A stretch of 64,000 nt of DNA, from NCBI RefSeq assembly GCF_009914755.1, contig NC_060935.1. The stretch is one strand, 5' to 3'. The stretch comes from the human T2T-CHM13v2.0 reference genome, Homo sapiens. The notes under the pieces are model-generated. The model made no database searches. It was not told the DNA's origin and worked only from the letters and a program-made list of their open reading frames with translations. Within the stretch, counting starts at the first letter, position 1. Each line of letters begins with the position of its first letter. The position numbers and the translations under genes are program-made. Of the stretch, positions 1 to 16,069 are shown in pieces.

Positions 1-921
1 AGAGCAGTTGACAGTTCCTTGGACAAATGCTGATTTTCTGTGTCAATTGCTGGGGCCCAGAGACTAGGGGTCAGAGTACTATGGTCACTGTGATAAATAA
101 CCTTGCTATTGTCTGTTAGTATTTTCACTCTTAGCCCAGAGACTGGGTTCCCAGCTTGGCCCTCAGTGCCCATCCCACTACCCATGACAGCCCAATGGCT
201 CCACAGAGCCTGGAGCTCTAAAGAAGATGGGCTGAAAATGTCAGATCTATGTGAGGAGCCTTCCTGCTCTAAAAGCTCTCATCCCTCTGGCCCAGATCTC
301 TGGTTTTCTTTGATTTATTGTTCTTACAACCCAGAAGCATTAGATCTTTTTGGTGGAAGCCAGAAAGGCATCTCTTGTTTACCCATTAACAATCAACGTT
401 ATGTGTACATATGTTTATCCATTAACATGTATGGCTTATTCATTTGCTCATTCTTCCAACAAATGCAACTGAGCTTCTATTAGCCCAGGCATCCAGGATA
501 TACACAATGGAGGTATATTCTTGACCCTGGAGGTTCTTACAAGTCAAATAAGGGAGAGAGAAAAAGTCAACCAATGCTTTCTGTGTACCAAGAACTCAGC
601 ACACATCTAGCAGGCTTTGTCTAATTTGATCTTCACAGAAAACGACTCCCATTTTACAGAGGAGGAGACAGGCCCTGGGGATATTAGGCAAGTTTTTTAA
701 AGTCATGAATCCATGTAATATTAAAGTCCATGTTCTGCCTTTCTTTTATTTATTTTTTCTCTGAAGGAATCATATATAAGCTACAACTATTTATTAAATA
801 AATAGTAATTGTATGGGCAGGACATAAATGCATTCACCTCGTAAAATTTCAAACAATACAAAAAGTAGTAAAATACAGAAAAATACAGAATAAAGAAAAA
901 GTTAAAGATCCATGACATCTT

Positions 922-1242
<321 letters not shown>

Positions 1243-1879
1243 TCAATTCCAGTTTTCTACACAAAGGCAATAATAGAATCAATTTGGTTTGTATGCTTTA
1301 GACTTATCTCTGCTTTTACATTCACGAAGGTAATCATAAAAGCACATAGTTTCATTCCTGTGGGAATTTAAGGTTACACAAATGGTATCATGTTATGTCC
1401 TGAACTTGAATGGTTTTTCACTAAATAAGATGTATTAGAGATATGTCTGGGTCAGTACATACAAAGCTACCTCTTTTTGTTTTTTAACTGCTGCATGTCT
1501 ATGGTATGGATGTTAATTATTCCAAAGTTAGTGGACATTTAGATTGTTTCTGGTGTCTTACTATGACAAATAATGTTATGATGAATATCCTGAAACTTGC
1601 CTATTGAGCAAATTTCCAAGTTTTTATCCACAGTAGATGCCAAGAAATGGGATCATAAGGGATGCACATTTATAATTTTATTAGATGCTGCCAGATTTTT
1701 CTCCAGAAAGCTTGCCAACTTAAACACTCTCCCTGACTGTGAACAAGAGAGCCTAAATCTTTACTTGCTCAATGGCACTTGGTATTATCAATCTTTAAGA
1801 TTCATAAAGATTGTGTGAATGGCCCATTCATATTCTTGTCCATTTTTTAATAATCTGTCTTTTAAAAATTGATTTACAC

Positions 1880-2186
1880 GGCCGGGCGTGGTGGCTCTTG
1901 CTTGTAATCCCAGCACTTTGGGAGGCCGAGCCGAGAGGGGGGCAGATCGCCTGAGGTCGGGAGTTCGAGACCAGCCTGGCCAACATGGTGAAACCCCCGT
2001 CTCTTCTAAAAATACAAAAATTAGCCAGGTATGGTGGCATGCGCCTGTAATCCCAGCTACTCAGGAGGCCGAGGCAGGAGAATCACTTGAACCCAGGAGA
2101 TGGAGGTTGCAGTTAGCTGAGATCCTGCCACTGCCATTCAGTCTGGGGGACAGAGTGAGACTCCATCTAAAAAATAATAATAAAAA
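1880..2186 (+). mobile_element. AluS (Sq/Sp-like)
   Basis: Starts ggccgggcgtggtggct; contains cctgaggtcgggagttcgagacc; A tail. Confidence 0.95.
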
Positions 2187-2619
2187 TTTAATTATATATT
2201 TAATTTTGTTTTAATATATATATTATATTTAAAATATAGCTTATAAAATGTTTTTATAAATATATGTAAATACATCTTATATATTTACATACATATAAAA
2301 TAATTTGATTTATTTAGAACATATTTATGTTTAAAATTGCTCTTTAGGTAGTCCAGATAATGACACTTTGTTGTAAATTTCAAATATTTCTCTCCACCTT
2401 TCTTTTAACTTTGCTTGTGGGTGTCTAATCAGTCAAAAGTTTGAAATTTTTATGTAATCAAATGTATCCATCCTTTCCTTTATGAATTTTGATTTTATGT
2501 CTTGTTCAAAAATAATTTTCCTATGCCTAAGGCTATAAATATATTCCCATATTTTATAGATTTTAAAATAAATGTAGGTCTTTAATCTTCCTGGAATTTA
2601 ATGTTGTGAATGATATGAT

Positions 2620-3016
2620 ATTAATAAGCTACCACAGAAAATAGATGGCATGCTCAAAATGAGGTGCCAGAGGAAAGTTTAATAAGGGTCTATTCACAAT
2701 GGTGGGGGCAAAATAACAGTGAAGGAGGGCTATACAAGGAGGGCCTGAAGAAGCAAAAGGAAAAGGCAGAGAGGATGGGGTAGAGAGGACCACCCCTTTA
2801 CAGGAGCTAAGACCTTCGGTTAAGGGAAGCAACTAGCCTCAGGTACCCCAACCCTACTCCTTTCTCTAATTCCTTGTGGACTCTCCCTTTGGTGTGGCTC
2901 CAACTACAGGAACACAGAGCCCATTGATATAATCTTTACGGAGTATTCTCAGTCTTTAACTAGGGAGCAGAAGAGTAGAGCAGGTATCCAGAGGAACAAA
3001 TCAAAGATATCCACCA
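2620..3016 (-). mobile_element. ERVL LTR33-like LTR
   Basis: aaatagatggcatgctcaaa..gtttaataagggtctattcac motif; related to the 52961-53420 copy in opposite orientation. Confidence 0.5.
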
Positions 3017-4356
3017 TAGATGGGAAATTGAAATCTACCTATTTTTCCCCAAATGGGTAGTTGTCCCCCATCCATTTATCAAATAGTTTATTCTTTCCTT
3101 GATGGGCTGAGATGCTACTTCATTAAATGCAAAATTTTTATACAGGTCTGGTCTGTTCTGTTGATCTTTTTATGTATTCTTGCATGAAACCCACACCATT
3201 TTATAGTGTAAAATGGTTTGAAATGGTTATGTTTTGATAGCAAGTCATTGCTCATTAGTCTTCTAGTTCAAACTGTTCATGGTCATTCAAGCAGATTTCT
3301 AATTCCTGACAAATCATAGAATAAGTTTGTTGTGTTTGATAAAAAATCATTTTGGGATTTCGAATGGCTTTGCACTGAATTAATAGTTTCCCAGAATACA
3401 TAAGATGCATTCTCAGTCAAAAACATGGAATGTTCCATATTTATTTTGGTCTTTCGTATCCTTCTTAAAATTTTGTAATTTTTCTTCATTTAGATTGCAC
3501 ATTCTTGAGAGGCTTTTTCCCCACATAGGTAATTTATAGTTTTATTTCTTTTGTGAATGGGATCTTTGTCTTGTTGTGCTTTCTAATCATTGATCCCTTG
3601 TGTTTAGAAAAGCTATCAATTTTTGTACCTTAAGTTTGAATTTGGGCACTGCTGAACTCTCTTGGTAGTTCTACTGGCTTATTCTTTCATTCTTTTGGGA
3701 TTGTCGATGTAAATGATCATATCTTAAAATAATGAATATATATATATACCTTTTGTTTCTTTTTTATGTTTTACTTTATTATCTAGCACCTCTAGTACAG
3801 TATTGCATAGTAGTATTCATGCTTATTCCAGATTTTAATGGGAACACTATTTTACTTTTAAGTGTAATATTCAGTATTACAGATTTCAAATCAGTGCCTT
3901 TAATCAAGTTGAGGAAGACCCTTTAGCTAAGAAACTTCCCTTCTTTATCATGTTGAAGGTGTTATTTGGGAAACCAACCAACCAGTATTCCATGTGTAAG
4001 AGTAAGGCAAGAAGTGTAGGCACCCAGAGTATACCAGACATTGAGAAAGATTCAGGGTATAAACAATGATCCTGACTTTCAAAACACTTTCAGCCTAGTT
4101 GTGATGTATATTAAAATATTTATGCAAAAGCTAGCAAACCGAAGACAGATATTAATGGGGGACAAATTAAACATGGTAAGAGTTCAGAGAGGAGATGAAT
4201 GAGGAATGGAAAAATCAGAGCCTCTTGGAAAGGTTAGCAGTTACATCTTGAAGACAGTGTTAGGGTTTGGATAAAAGGACAGAAGGGAAGAGGTTATTCC
4301 AGGTAAAAGGGGTGGATAAAGTGAAAACTGAAGTGAGAGCAAACATGGCAGCCCTA

Positions 4357-4845
<489 letters not shown>

Positions 4846-5586
4846 GGTTAGTAAGGATACTTAAATCTGGCAGCAAAGTTCAGGACAGATAAAGAGGGGG
4901 ATACCAACTGTGCTGCAGAGCCCTCACTTGTAAAAAGGAGCATTTGTGTTGTGGTGTTTGAGTAATATTCCTGGGAGAAGGCAGCCTAGTAGATAAGCTG
5001 CACAGACTGATGAATGTCTATAGATGACAGCTCTGAAGCCCACGTAGCTGGTTGTGTTCCTTTGCCCAGGAGTGCCGGGAAGGAAAATACATAGCAATTA
5101 TGACTTTCCTTTTGGCACAAACCTGACACCATTTCCATTTTCCATTTGGATGCAAAGCTTTGAACATTTCTAAATTACAGACTTTCCAGGCAGCCCTCCT
5201 TATAGACTTCTCCCTACAAATGAGCGACCCAGCACTTAAAGTTTCCCTGGCATATGCTACAATGCTGCAAGAATGCTGCAAACCATCATAGACAAGTAGC
5301 GATTGATTAAAAGAAAAAGCCGCCATGAGTAGAATAAATGTTTACAGACCCCACCAGAAGGAAGTTCCGTACCCTTCAGTCTGACAAAAGTTTTATCTCA
5401 TGAAGTGATCCTCTGTTTCCATGGATTTGTTACCTTTGGATAGATTTCCAACACTTACTTGTCCCTTCCTGGAAGGGTCTGAGATGTAGATCATCCGTCT
5501 CCTGAGAACACACTCATTTGGTAAACCATTAGGAAATTCATTCTTAGGAAACAGTGGTTGGTAAAAGGCAGACGTAAGAGACAAGA

Positions 5587-5783
5587 GCCAGGCACTGTTC
5601 TGGGTGCACTACAAATACTTATTTCATCCTCATAGCAACCCTATGAAGTAGATATGAAGGAGGAAGCTGAGGCACAGAGAGGTTCAGTAATGTTCCCAAG
5701 GTCACAGAGTAAGTGACAGAGTTGGGATTCAAACAGAAGCATCTGGGCTCCCAAGTCTGTGATCTTCATACTGTACTCTGCCA
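5587..5783 (-). mobile_element. MIR
   Basis: Core ggaagctgaggcacagagaggtt..cccaaggtcacag. Confidence 0.85.
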
Positions 5784-6287
5784 TCTCAGTCTGATGCCAC
5801 AGGGTCAGGTTGAACTCTGACTCTTCTCTCCCTCCAACATCATTAGAGCCAGATCTTGGCTCTTTTTTTATCACTGCTCTACATTCATTGCCTAATTCAC
5901 AGACACTTCTTGCATTACTCTTACAGAAACCTCCTGACTGATCACTCTAGTTCCTTACCCTCTGGTCCTCCTCACGCTGGTATAAGACTTGCTGTCCTCA
6001 GGCCCATCTGAGTCACACCACTTACCTAACACTTGAACAGGGCTCCCCAGCACCTTCAGATAAAGTCCAAATCCTGATCAGAGCATATAAGGGTGCCTAT
6101 GACCTTCACCAGGTTCCTCACCAGCCTTCCACTGCATCTCTCTCTCTGAACTCTGAATCCTCCCTAGCCTTTCTTGTCTGTCCATTCCTTTGGTAGCACT
6201 TACTGAACACCTCCTGCTTGCAGGCAGTAAGGACACAGAGGCTGCCTTTGAGGTTGGCACAGTCTAGGGAAAATCATGAACATACAA

Positions 6288-6568
6288 ATTGGGTCCACAG
6301 CCCTTCATCCACAAACTGAAATCCAGAAAGCTCTAAAATCCAAAAGATTTTTCATAACTCATTTAGGGCCAAAACCTGCCCTAAACTGCCTCAAAGTTAC
6401 GTATGGTCTTTTTGTGTACATATTAATGTGTTTGATGGTGAGATGCTGTCCCAGACCCTGATGGGGGCATTACAAGATACATGGAATGTGTACTATATTA
6501 TTCAAAATATTCTTAATTTCAAAACATATCTGGCCTCAGGTCTATCAGAGAAAGGACCTTGGCCCTGT
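6288..6568 (-). mobile_element. MER46C-like (Tigger4-derived MITE)
   Basis: ggtccacagcccttcatcc start and aaaacatatctggcc..ccctg end. Confidence 0.6.
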
Positions 6569-6904
6569 CGATGCAATCCAGGGTGGGAAATTCAGTAATG
6601 GAAGCATCACTCAGGGTGCTTAGGCAGCCCTCTGGCAGGACTGGGTTTCATGTAAATGTTAAAAAGAAGCAACTCATTTCTTGCTAGTGAAATAACCTAT
6701 TCCCAGCTGCAGCTGCTACAAGATATGAGAACTCATTCAATGTTTCTCACCACCAAAGAATAAAGTCAAAATTCCTTAACATGATGTCTAACTCTGTATA
6801 TTTCTAGCCACCTTTACAACCTTATTTGTAGGAACTCCTCCCCACACAGGACTCTGAGCATCATAAAGGCATAGATCAATTTCATTCTTCTTTGTGGTCA
6901 TAAT

Positions 6905-7122
6905 GTAGGTCAGCAAATCACAGCCCATGGGCCAAAACTGGTCCATTGCCTGTTTTTGTAAATAAAGTTTTATTGGAACACAGTTACGTTAATTCATTTG
7001 TGTACTGTTAGAGCTCTATCAAGCTATAGTAGCAGAACTTAAAAGTTGCAGTGGAGACCATATGTCCTGCAAAGCCTGAAATATTTATCTGGCCCTTTAT
7101 AGAAAAAGTTTACTGACTCCTG
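6905..7122 (+). mobile_element. MER58A hAT MITE
   Basis: ggtcagcaaa..gcctgtttttgtaaataaagttttattggaacacag..aaaagtttactgactcctg. Confidence 0.85.
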
Positions 7123-7167
7123 TTCTAATGTACACTCCAGCATCAGGAACTCGAAAATTATTGATTC

Positions 7168-7685
7168 TTGTCCTAGGTTCTTCTAAAAGCCCAGCTGAGA
7201 CCTAAGTTTATAAGCAGGTAGTTTATTTGGGAAATGATCCCAGGGATCAAGAGTGAAGGGTGGGGGTGGTGATTTGGTCAAGTGTTATTGACTTGGCCAC
7301 CACTGCAGGCCACTGGTGTTTGACCCCAGTTGGGGCCTTTGGAGAAGGCTTATGACATGTGTCTCAGAACAGTGTGCCCAGGGTAAACCGGGGAAGCCAC
7401 TATCCATTGGCCTCCATCCTTCACTAATCAAAGGTGGCCCCATAGCATTAACTCTCCTCCACTTCTGAGATGCATACATGTGAGTATTCTTAAGATTCTG
7501 AACACTTGCTGCAGCATCAGAGAAGCTCTGGGACAGGAATCAAGTGGTACACCATGCAGGCAAGACGTGCATCATCCCATTGCAGTGGGGGCAGAGATGG
7601 TCAAGTCTGTACAGAGTTGGTCACTGCAACAGTGGTTGGAGTCAGAGTTGTGCTGAGAGGATGTGAAGAGGGGTGTAGAGTTGCC
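7168..7685 (-). mobile_element. ERVL LTR16-family LTR
   Basis: tgtcctaggtt..gtagtttatttgggaaatgatcccagg matches the reverse-complemented LTR16 3' end. Confidence 0.6.
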
Positions 7686-8365
<680 letters not shown>

Positions 8366-8394
8366 GTGCCCAATACATTGATTAATCAAATAAT

Positions 8395-8615
8395 AAGTAG
8401 CTTATATTTATTGCTAACCACTATGCTAAATGCATTGCATGTCTTATATATGTCTTATGTAATTCTCATAAAAGCCCTATAGAATTTTCACTATATTATT
8501 CCCATTTTGTTCATAAGAGAGCTGATGTTTAGACAGTTGATGTAAAGTAATGAGGCCTGGGACTTCAACTCACTTCTGCCTGACTCCAAAGCCCTAATCA
8601 CCACTAAGCTACACT
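8395..8615 (-). mobile_element. MIR
   Basis: attattcccattttg..ctgcctgactccaaagccc. Confidence 0.6.
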
Positions 8616-9721
8616 GACTAAGCTTGACTCCCCTCCCCACAGCTCCTGCCCACCTTCTGCCTCAGTAGGTCTGTCAGGAGTAGGACAGAGCTCTTCCTAT
8701 AACCAGGGGTTGGAGGTCTACCTGTGAGGTGAGATATTGTTCCCCAAGTGAGGAAACTAAATGTCACTTAGAAAATGGAAAACAAGCCCAGGGAAACTGG
8801 CAAGAGAAAGACTTGTTAGTGGGAAGAGAGGATGAGTATTAAGAAGCAATTAGCTAGCACTCATAATACTTTGTAATTTCGTAGGGCTCACTAACTCTTT
8901 TTATCTTCAAAGAAAGTAACAGAAAACCACATGCAATGACTCCGTGTGTGATTTAGAGGAAAATGGCAGGGTTAGGAGGATCTGATGTGGCTGGGGCGAA
9001 GCTTACCCCACAGTTTTTCTGGCATTAGGTAGCAAGAGGAACTACAGGCTCCTTTGTTGTAAGTCAGGGTGGTTTTACTTCAGGCAGCCTAGAACCTCAG
9101 GAACCCTGACCAGGGAGGAAGCAAGGAGTCAACAGAAAAGGGACTAGGAAACCCCTGAACCAGCTAAAGTGTCAGATTCTTGGGAGAGCAGTTGGAAAGA
9201 CCAATGCCATGGCTAAATGAAAACATGTGCCTGATTAGGAAGACTCAGATACCCCAGAATCTGCCATCCAACAGGTGGAATCCAGATGCCAGAGGTTCTC
9301 GGGATGCCAGTGGGAGCATGGCTCCAGGGGATCAGTCCAATGGCAGCAGAGTTTCATTCAACAGCTGGGATCCCAGGTGCAGGATCCAGCCCCCAGGGGA
9401 GAAAACTGGAAAGAATTAAATAGGAAGTACAGGCTGCCGAGGAACAGGCCCTAGACAGAGCTCTAGGCACAGCAGTAAACTGAAGCTTGGTGGGAAGACT
9501 AAAGCACTGCCAGATTGCACCAACATCGTGGGGATCCTGGGATTGACTGCAACTTTGTTGGCATGCAAGAACACATGGCCCGCCCTATTTGTGAGCTAGC
9601 ACCAGGTCTATGGCAGCAAGACTAGTTCCAATCCTCTTCCACTGATGGAGTGGGAGTTGCCAATATATTCCCTGCCCTGGTCAAGTTGGGATCAAAACGG
9701 AATGTTTCAACCCTATGAACA

Positions 9722-10129
9722 TTTTTATAATTGAGGTTAAATTCACATAACATAAAATCAACCATTTTAAAGTGATCAATTCAGTGGCATCTGGTACATT
9801 TATAATGTGCAACCACCATCTCTACCTAGTTCTAAAACATTTCCATCATTTCAAAGTAAAACCCCTTATTCATTGAGCAGTTTCTCCCCATTCTCCTCTC
9901 CCCACCCCAGCCCCTGGCAATCACCAATCTACATTCCGGCTCTATGGACTTACCTATTCTTGATATTTCATATAAATGGAAGCATACAATGTGTGACCTT
10001 TTGTGTCTAGCTTTTTTTCACTTAACATAATGTTTTTGAGGTTCATCCATGTTGTAGCTTTATCACTACTTTATTCCTTTATATAGCTGAATAATTCCCC
10101 ATTGTATGGATATACCACAATCTGTTTAT
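9722..10129 (-). mobile_element. 5'-truncated L1MB 3' end
   Basis: Typical L1MB 3'UTR (aattcacataacataaaa..aattcagtggca); 17-bp TSD with one mismatch. Confidence 0.88.
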
Positions 10130-12623
10130 CCCTGTGAACATTTTTAACATGAGATGATCAAAGGATAAAAATGAGAACTTTGGGCAACAGTGAAAAAGTA
10201 TCATGGTATTATTCCTACATTAACTTTTCAGTCCCTATTTTTTTAACCAGGAGATAATTGGCATGTTGCCTCACACCTAAGTCCCACACCATCCATAGGA
10301 AGGACAGTAATGACTCCAAACAAGAGTAGAAAAGGACAAAGAAATGGTTTTACACCTACTTTGTCTTTCAGGGTCACAAAGTATGAAACAGCCTGTCCCA
10401 AAAATGGGTTGATTAGATCTTTGGACACCCAGTGTGTGACCACAGTGCAACAAAGTCATATACTTGGGCATTTGTTCCTTCATCTGGAAGAAGCGAGGGC
10501 AGAAGCCACCTGAAGGTCCTCAGTGCTGTGGAAGATGGCATTCCTCTATAGATGCTCTCCTGCTCTACCACTGTTCATTCTCAATTACTAATCAAATAAG
10601 TGCACCTGAGTTATTTACCTCCCTGCAAGCCTGCTCACAACAAAGAATACCCAACCTAAAGTCAGTGAACAATAAGATTGCATAAGAAGAAAGAATGTAC
10701 CACACTCCCTCCATAATTAATTATTGTGGGCTGATTTCAGCTACATTTTTCCTTGGGCATTTTCCTAACAGTTCATATTTAACAGTCCCTGGAAGCCAGG
10801 AAAACAGAGGAGAAAAAGCTCCTTTATGTCTTAGTTCTATGCTATTCATAAATGAAAATCATTGTTAATTTAGAGTTTGACAGCTGTGGTGCACTTGTAA
10901 GTCCAGGGCAGCTGTCATCAGCACTCCAGTTTATTTTTCAAGCACATGTTTAATTTGACTTTAGCGCTATTGCCAGTTCTTAAGGAGAAAGAGGGGGAAG
11001 CAGAAACAGAAATAATCATTATCTTCATCATTTGGTTTCCTTTCAAAATGTAAATCGGCATGATTAACAATGATATCAGAATTGCTCTAATTGCAGTTTT
11101 GGGTGCAGAACTAGTTAGCTATCATCTCCTACATGGTCCAAAGTCTAGTTTTCTTTTCTTTTTTTTTTTCCTCCTAAAGTCAGAGGGTGTTTTGTGGTAA
11201 TTACACGCAGACTCTGAACAACAGTCCCAGCTCCACAGAAAAGCCTTCCAAAGTGCAGAAGAAAATCAAAAATCAAGGAATGGGGAATGATGGGGGTGAC
11301 TAGGCCACAATCCCAGATGAAAGCCACAGGCTGAGTCTTGTCTTGTGGCTCTGGAATCAGGAAACCAGCGAGAGCAATCAGAGCCCTTGGAACAGCAGCC
11401 AGGATCTCCCGCTCTTACATATCTACCATGCTTCTGCGGCCAGGCAGCTGGCTTTGTACAGGCTCACAGTGTGCAAATCGGTCTCAAAGTATAAAATTAA
11501 ACACATCTGTAGCTCCACGTAGAAATCTGATGAGTCAGTATGTACTTGATCGGGCCCACTGTTCCAGTCCACGTTGCTTGGAGGAATCTTCCTTCGCACC
11601 AGCTGTGATGCTAGCTAAACCCACTTCCTGGATCTTTCTTCACCCTCATTTTTATATGTGTGGCTTCCGGAGGTCTCACTTGGCCTTTATTTTTTGCCAT
11701 CTGTCATGTGTCCAATCACAATGTCCCAAAGAACCTCTTTGACATTGCCTCTGTAGTGGGGACAGTAGATGCAATAACACACTCCTATCTTTCTATTTGT
11801 TTCTTTGTACATTGAGATGAAAGACTGCCTTGCCTTCTTCATCAGTCAACATCTCGATATGTGCTATGCTAAAAAAGATCCCACCCAAAGGAAAACTTTG
11901 GCAAATGTCCTGGACCCCAGCTCTGAAATTAAAGTTTGATAGAGGAACAATCTACAACTTCACCCTTCTAGTGCCGGAGGATCCTCTAGACAGAACTAAA
12001 GATGTAGACCCTGAGGGGCAAGTCTGACTCCTAAAAGGGTAGTCTTCCGTCTTTTTAAATGGAAAGTATTATTTGTAGATTATGAGATCAGAACTAATTC
12101 TTCCTTAACGATAGAAAGACCAGGCTTCTGCCAGGTTAACGTCCCAAGAATCTGTGAGAATCCTTAGGGAATTATAAACATGTACCAAAAACTACTGGCT
12201 GTTGCTTGTTGCTTGCCACCTTGGCCATCCACCTGGGGCTAGGCTCTGGATCTGTTCCGTGGGCAGCTCCTCTCCCTGCCTTTGCCTCAAGCTTGGACTC
12301 CAGGCTGTCCATTAGTACCCACATTATGGTTAGGGCCAAACAGCAATGGTTAATAAGATGTTGAGGACTTGGGGAGTGCCCCAAAGTCCTCACAGAGATC
12401 CTACATAACTGGACTAAGGGTTGGCTGCTCTTAGGCCCACGAGCCCAAGCTCATCCTTAGAGGTTCCCTGCTCTCAGCTCCTGGCCTGTCTCACACAAGG
12501 TGGGCACCAGGCTGCCTGCCTAACCCCAGTGGCCTCTTTACTTCTCCTTCAAAGATTACCCCTGTACAAGTCCCAGGTTGCCCCAATTTCCAGACCTAAC
12601 TCCCCTCCACACTAGTTTGCTTA

Positions 12624-12890
12624 GCATTGTAGTTAAGAAGGTGGACTTCCAGGTCAAGTGATCTGAGATTGAAGTCTGGCATTACCACTTACTAATGACG
12701 TTAGGCAAGTCATTTTAGACACCCAGTGCCTCAGGTGCCTCCCCCATAACATGGGGGTGGTAATATTAATAGTATGTACCTACCTCATAGAGTTGCTGAG
12801 AAGACTAAATGAGTTAGTGCATGTAAAATTCTTAGAACACTTCCTGGCACAGAATAAGCTCTAAACAAGGCTATATTATTAATGTTGCTG
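12624..12890 (+). mobile_element. MIR (near full length)
   Basis: tRNA-like head, core and acctacctcatagagttgctgagaagactaaatgag tail. Confidence 0.8.
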
Positions 12891-13203
12891 TTATTACTAT
12901 TGCTTTACATTTGCAATAAAACAAAGATCATCATGTAGATGTTTCCTAAGACAAAGAAGTGGTCTACCCAAGAAGTGAATTTCAGTTTCTGGTACTTAGG
13001 ACAAAAACTGTACATTTTAAAGGTCGTTTTTCAAGCTTCAAAAACTGTTTAGTCACACTGGATCTCCATTTCTTTTACTTGCTTGCTCCTTGCCACTTCC
13101 CATAAAGAATATGAAGTGGCATTAAGAAAAATATAAAACAAAGTGGTCGTGTTAAATTAAAAAAAATCAAGACCAGGGAAAATCAACATTAAAATATAAC
13201 ATC

Positions 13204-13510
<307 letters not shown>

Positions 13511-13579
13511 AAAATATAACATCAAGACAGGAGGAAGATCTAAAGCATGCTAAGGGCTCTAAATTCTCATACACTTATA

Positions 13580-14297
13580 AGAGCACTGGATTACAACCCA
13601 TTAAATAAAATGGAAATAAACTAAATAATATAAATAATATAAATAAACACATATACCAGTTAAACAAGTGGATGGATAATTGGAAAGTTTGATAAGGAAC
13701 AGGAGGTTTCTATAATCTCAAAGTACTTGCCCTTGAAATACTTAATCACTAAAAAGGGAGAAAAGCAAGAACTTTAGAATGGAGAAATCTGGCAGCCACC
13801 TGTAATGTGTGCCACCTGATAGGATGCAATGAGAAGAAAACGACACAGTGCCACTTCTGTGATATTCCTGCTAGAGATGCATAACCTGAATCTAATTATG
13901 AGGAAACATCAGACAAGCTCAAATATTTTACAGAATAAATAACATGTAATCTTCAAGTTTCAAAGTCAAAGACTGAGGAAGATTCTAGATTGAAGGAAAC
14001 TAAAGTGACATGAAATCTAAATGCAACACTGTGATTCTAAACTAGATATATTATCTGCAACAGAACAATTGTTGAAATGTGAATAGGGTTCGAGGATTAG
14101 ATATATCAATGTTATCTAATCTCATGGTTATATTGTGGTTAAATGGGAGAATATCTTTGCAAGAATTACACAAAAAAAGTACTTGAGCTGATCAGCATCA
14201 TGTCAACCACTTACTCTCAAATGCTTCAGGGTAAATAAGTTTTTTATACCGCTCTTGTAAGTTTTCTTTAAGGTTGAAATGGTTTCAAATTAAAAAG
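13580..14297 (+). mobile_element. L1MC4-like 3' end
   Basis: gcataacctgaatctaattatgaggaaacatcagacaa motif. Confidence 0.75.
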
Positions 14298-14305
14298 ATT
14301 CAGGG

Positions 14306-14634
<329 letters not shown>

Positions 14635-15334
14635 TCAGGGGGTGTTGGGGTGGAGAGGAAAAAAGAGCTATATTGACATCTTTCCTTCCTTCCTTTTTTT
14701 CTTTTCTCCCTGGCTTTTTTCTCTCAGAAGGTTGGGCCAAGATTTTGATGAGAAGACACTGGGTTCAATCAGGAAGGCAGGCAAGGACTTGCCAGACCTG
14801 AGGGGCTGAGCTGAGTTGGTTCGTTCAGTGATCCTTCCTGTAGTGTGTGTATACTAAGCACCTTCATCACATCCCAAGTGCCATACCAGACAGCAAGGAT
14901 ACAGAGCTGAGCAGGATGCAGCCTGTGTGACCGGAGACTCGCAGAGTGGTGGGAAATGAGCCAGTCAACAGGCAGCAACCTCATGGTGTGAAAGGGCCTC
15001 CCCGAGAGAAGCACAGGGCGGAGTTGGGCAGGTACCCATCCTGGTTGAGGGTGGTGAGGAAGGTCCAGACAGCAGTGGCAAAAGGCAACAGATGAAGGGA
15101 AGCAGCGGAAACAGTGTGGGATTGTCCCTAGACCAGAGAAGGCAAGGAACATTAGGGGACCTGCAAGCAGGTGGAGCAAGGAGGACTGTGATTGGGGCGA
15201 AGGTGAGGCCATGGTAAGGAGTGGGTGCTCAATGAATGTTCCTCTTTTTCTGTACTTTCCTTCTCTTCTTTATCGCTTCCTTTGCCAAAACATCCCTTCT
15301 TTGAGCATTCAGCTGGGTATTGCTCTAATTTTTT

Positions 15335-15520
15335 AATGACAGTAACAATTGCTAAAATATGTGCCCACAATCCTATAATGCAGATACTATTATTTCCTCC
15401 ATTTTACAGAGAAGAAAATTGAAGCACAGCTTGCTCAACATGATATAGCTCATAAGTAGCAGAGCTGAGATTTGAACCCTGGACAGTCTAACTGTGTAGC
15501 CCAAGCTTTTGATCTACCAC
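15335..15520 (-). mobile_element. MIR
   Basis: ccattttacagagaagaaaattgaagcacag core. Confidence 0.75.
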
Positions 15521-16069
15521 AATGCCAGAGTACATCTTTAACAAGGCTGAATCCTCAGGGGATTATGTCTTTTATAAAGTGTCTTGAGGGCCTCAATAGT
15601 TCTATAACTAGAGGGGTAAAGGGAGTGGGGATCTTACAAGCTGTGTCTGTTGGTGCATCTTACCCATTCCAGCCACCTCCCCTCATCCCACTCACTGCCT
15701 TTTCATGCCTGCCCTGTTATCAGTTGTGTGGGACCTGCAATGGGTCCAGGGACACAGGCAGCCTGGGCTGGACCAGTGAGGGTTTTACCCAGGGTGGCTG
15801 CAGAGTCAGCACAGCTCATAGTGGAGGAGGGAAACAAAGGGTCAAATCAAAGAAGGATCAGGTCCAAAGGGCCCTCAGGGGGAAAGGCTGTGCCCAGCAA
15901 GAAACTGGGCACAAAGTTGGGTCAAGGTGAGCTGTTCGGGATGGAAACTGAATAAAGCAAAGTCAAAATGTAAAAGGTGAAAAAGGCTCTTTTGCATGTG
16001 GTCTCAGGCAGGAGGGAATGGGAAACATACTTTCCACCACCGTAGACCCCCCACTACCCCCTCAGGGCT

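Larger units (their letters stand above)
1250..3950 (-). mobile_element. Old L1M (ME/MC-type) 3'UTR and ORF2 remnant, interrupted by an Alu and an LTR
   Basis: L1 3'UTR-like text at about 1380-1860. ORF 3283..3489 (KNYKILRRI..) resembles degenerate ORF2. Confidence 0.6.

Noticed and set aside
9040-9700. Possible ancient LTR-like segment
   Set aside because: I could not assign a family, termini or TSD by eye; it needs a Dfam search.
12624-12720. tRNA-like sequence
   Set aside because: Degenerate MIR head; no intact tRNA, rRNA or snRNA gene was recognised anywhere in the window.
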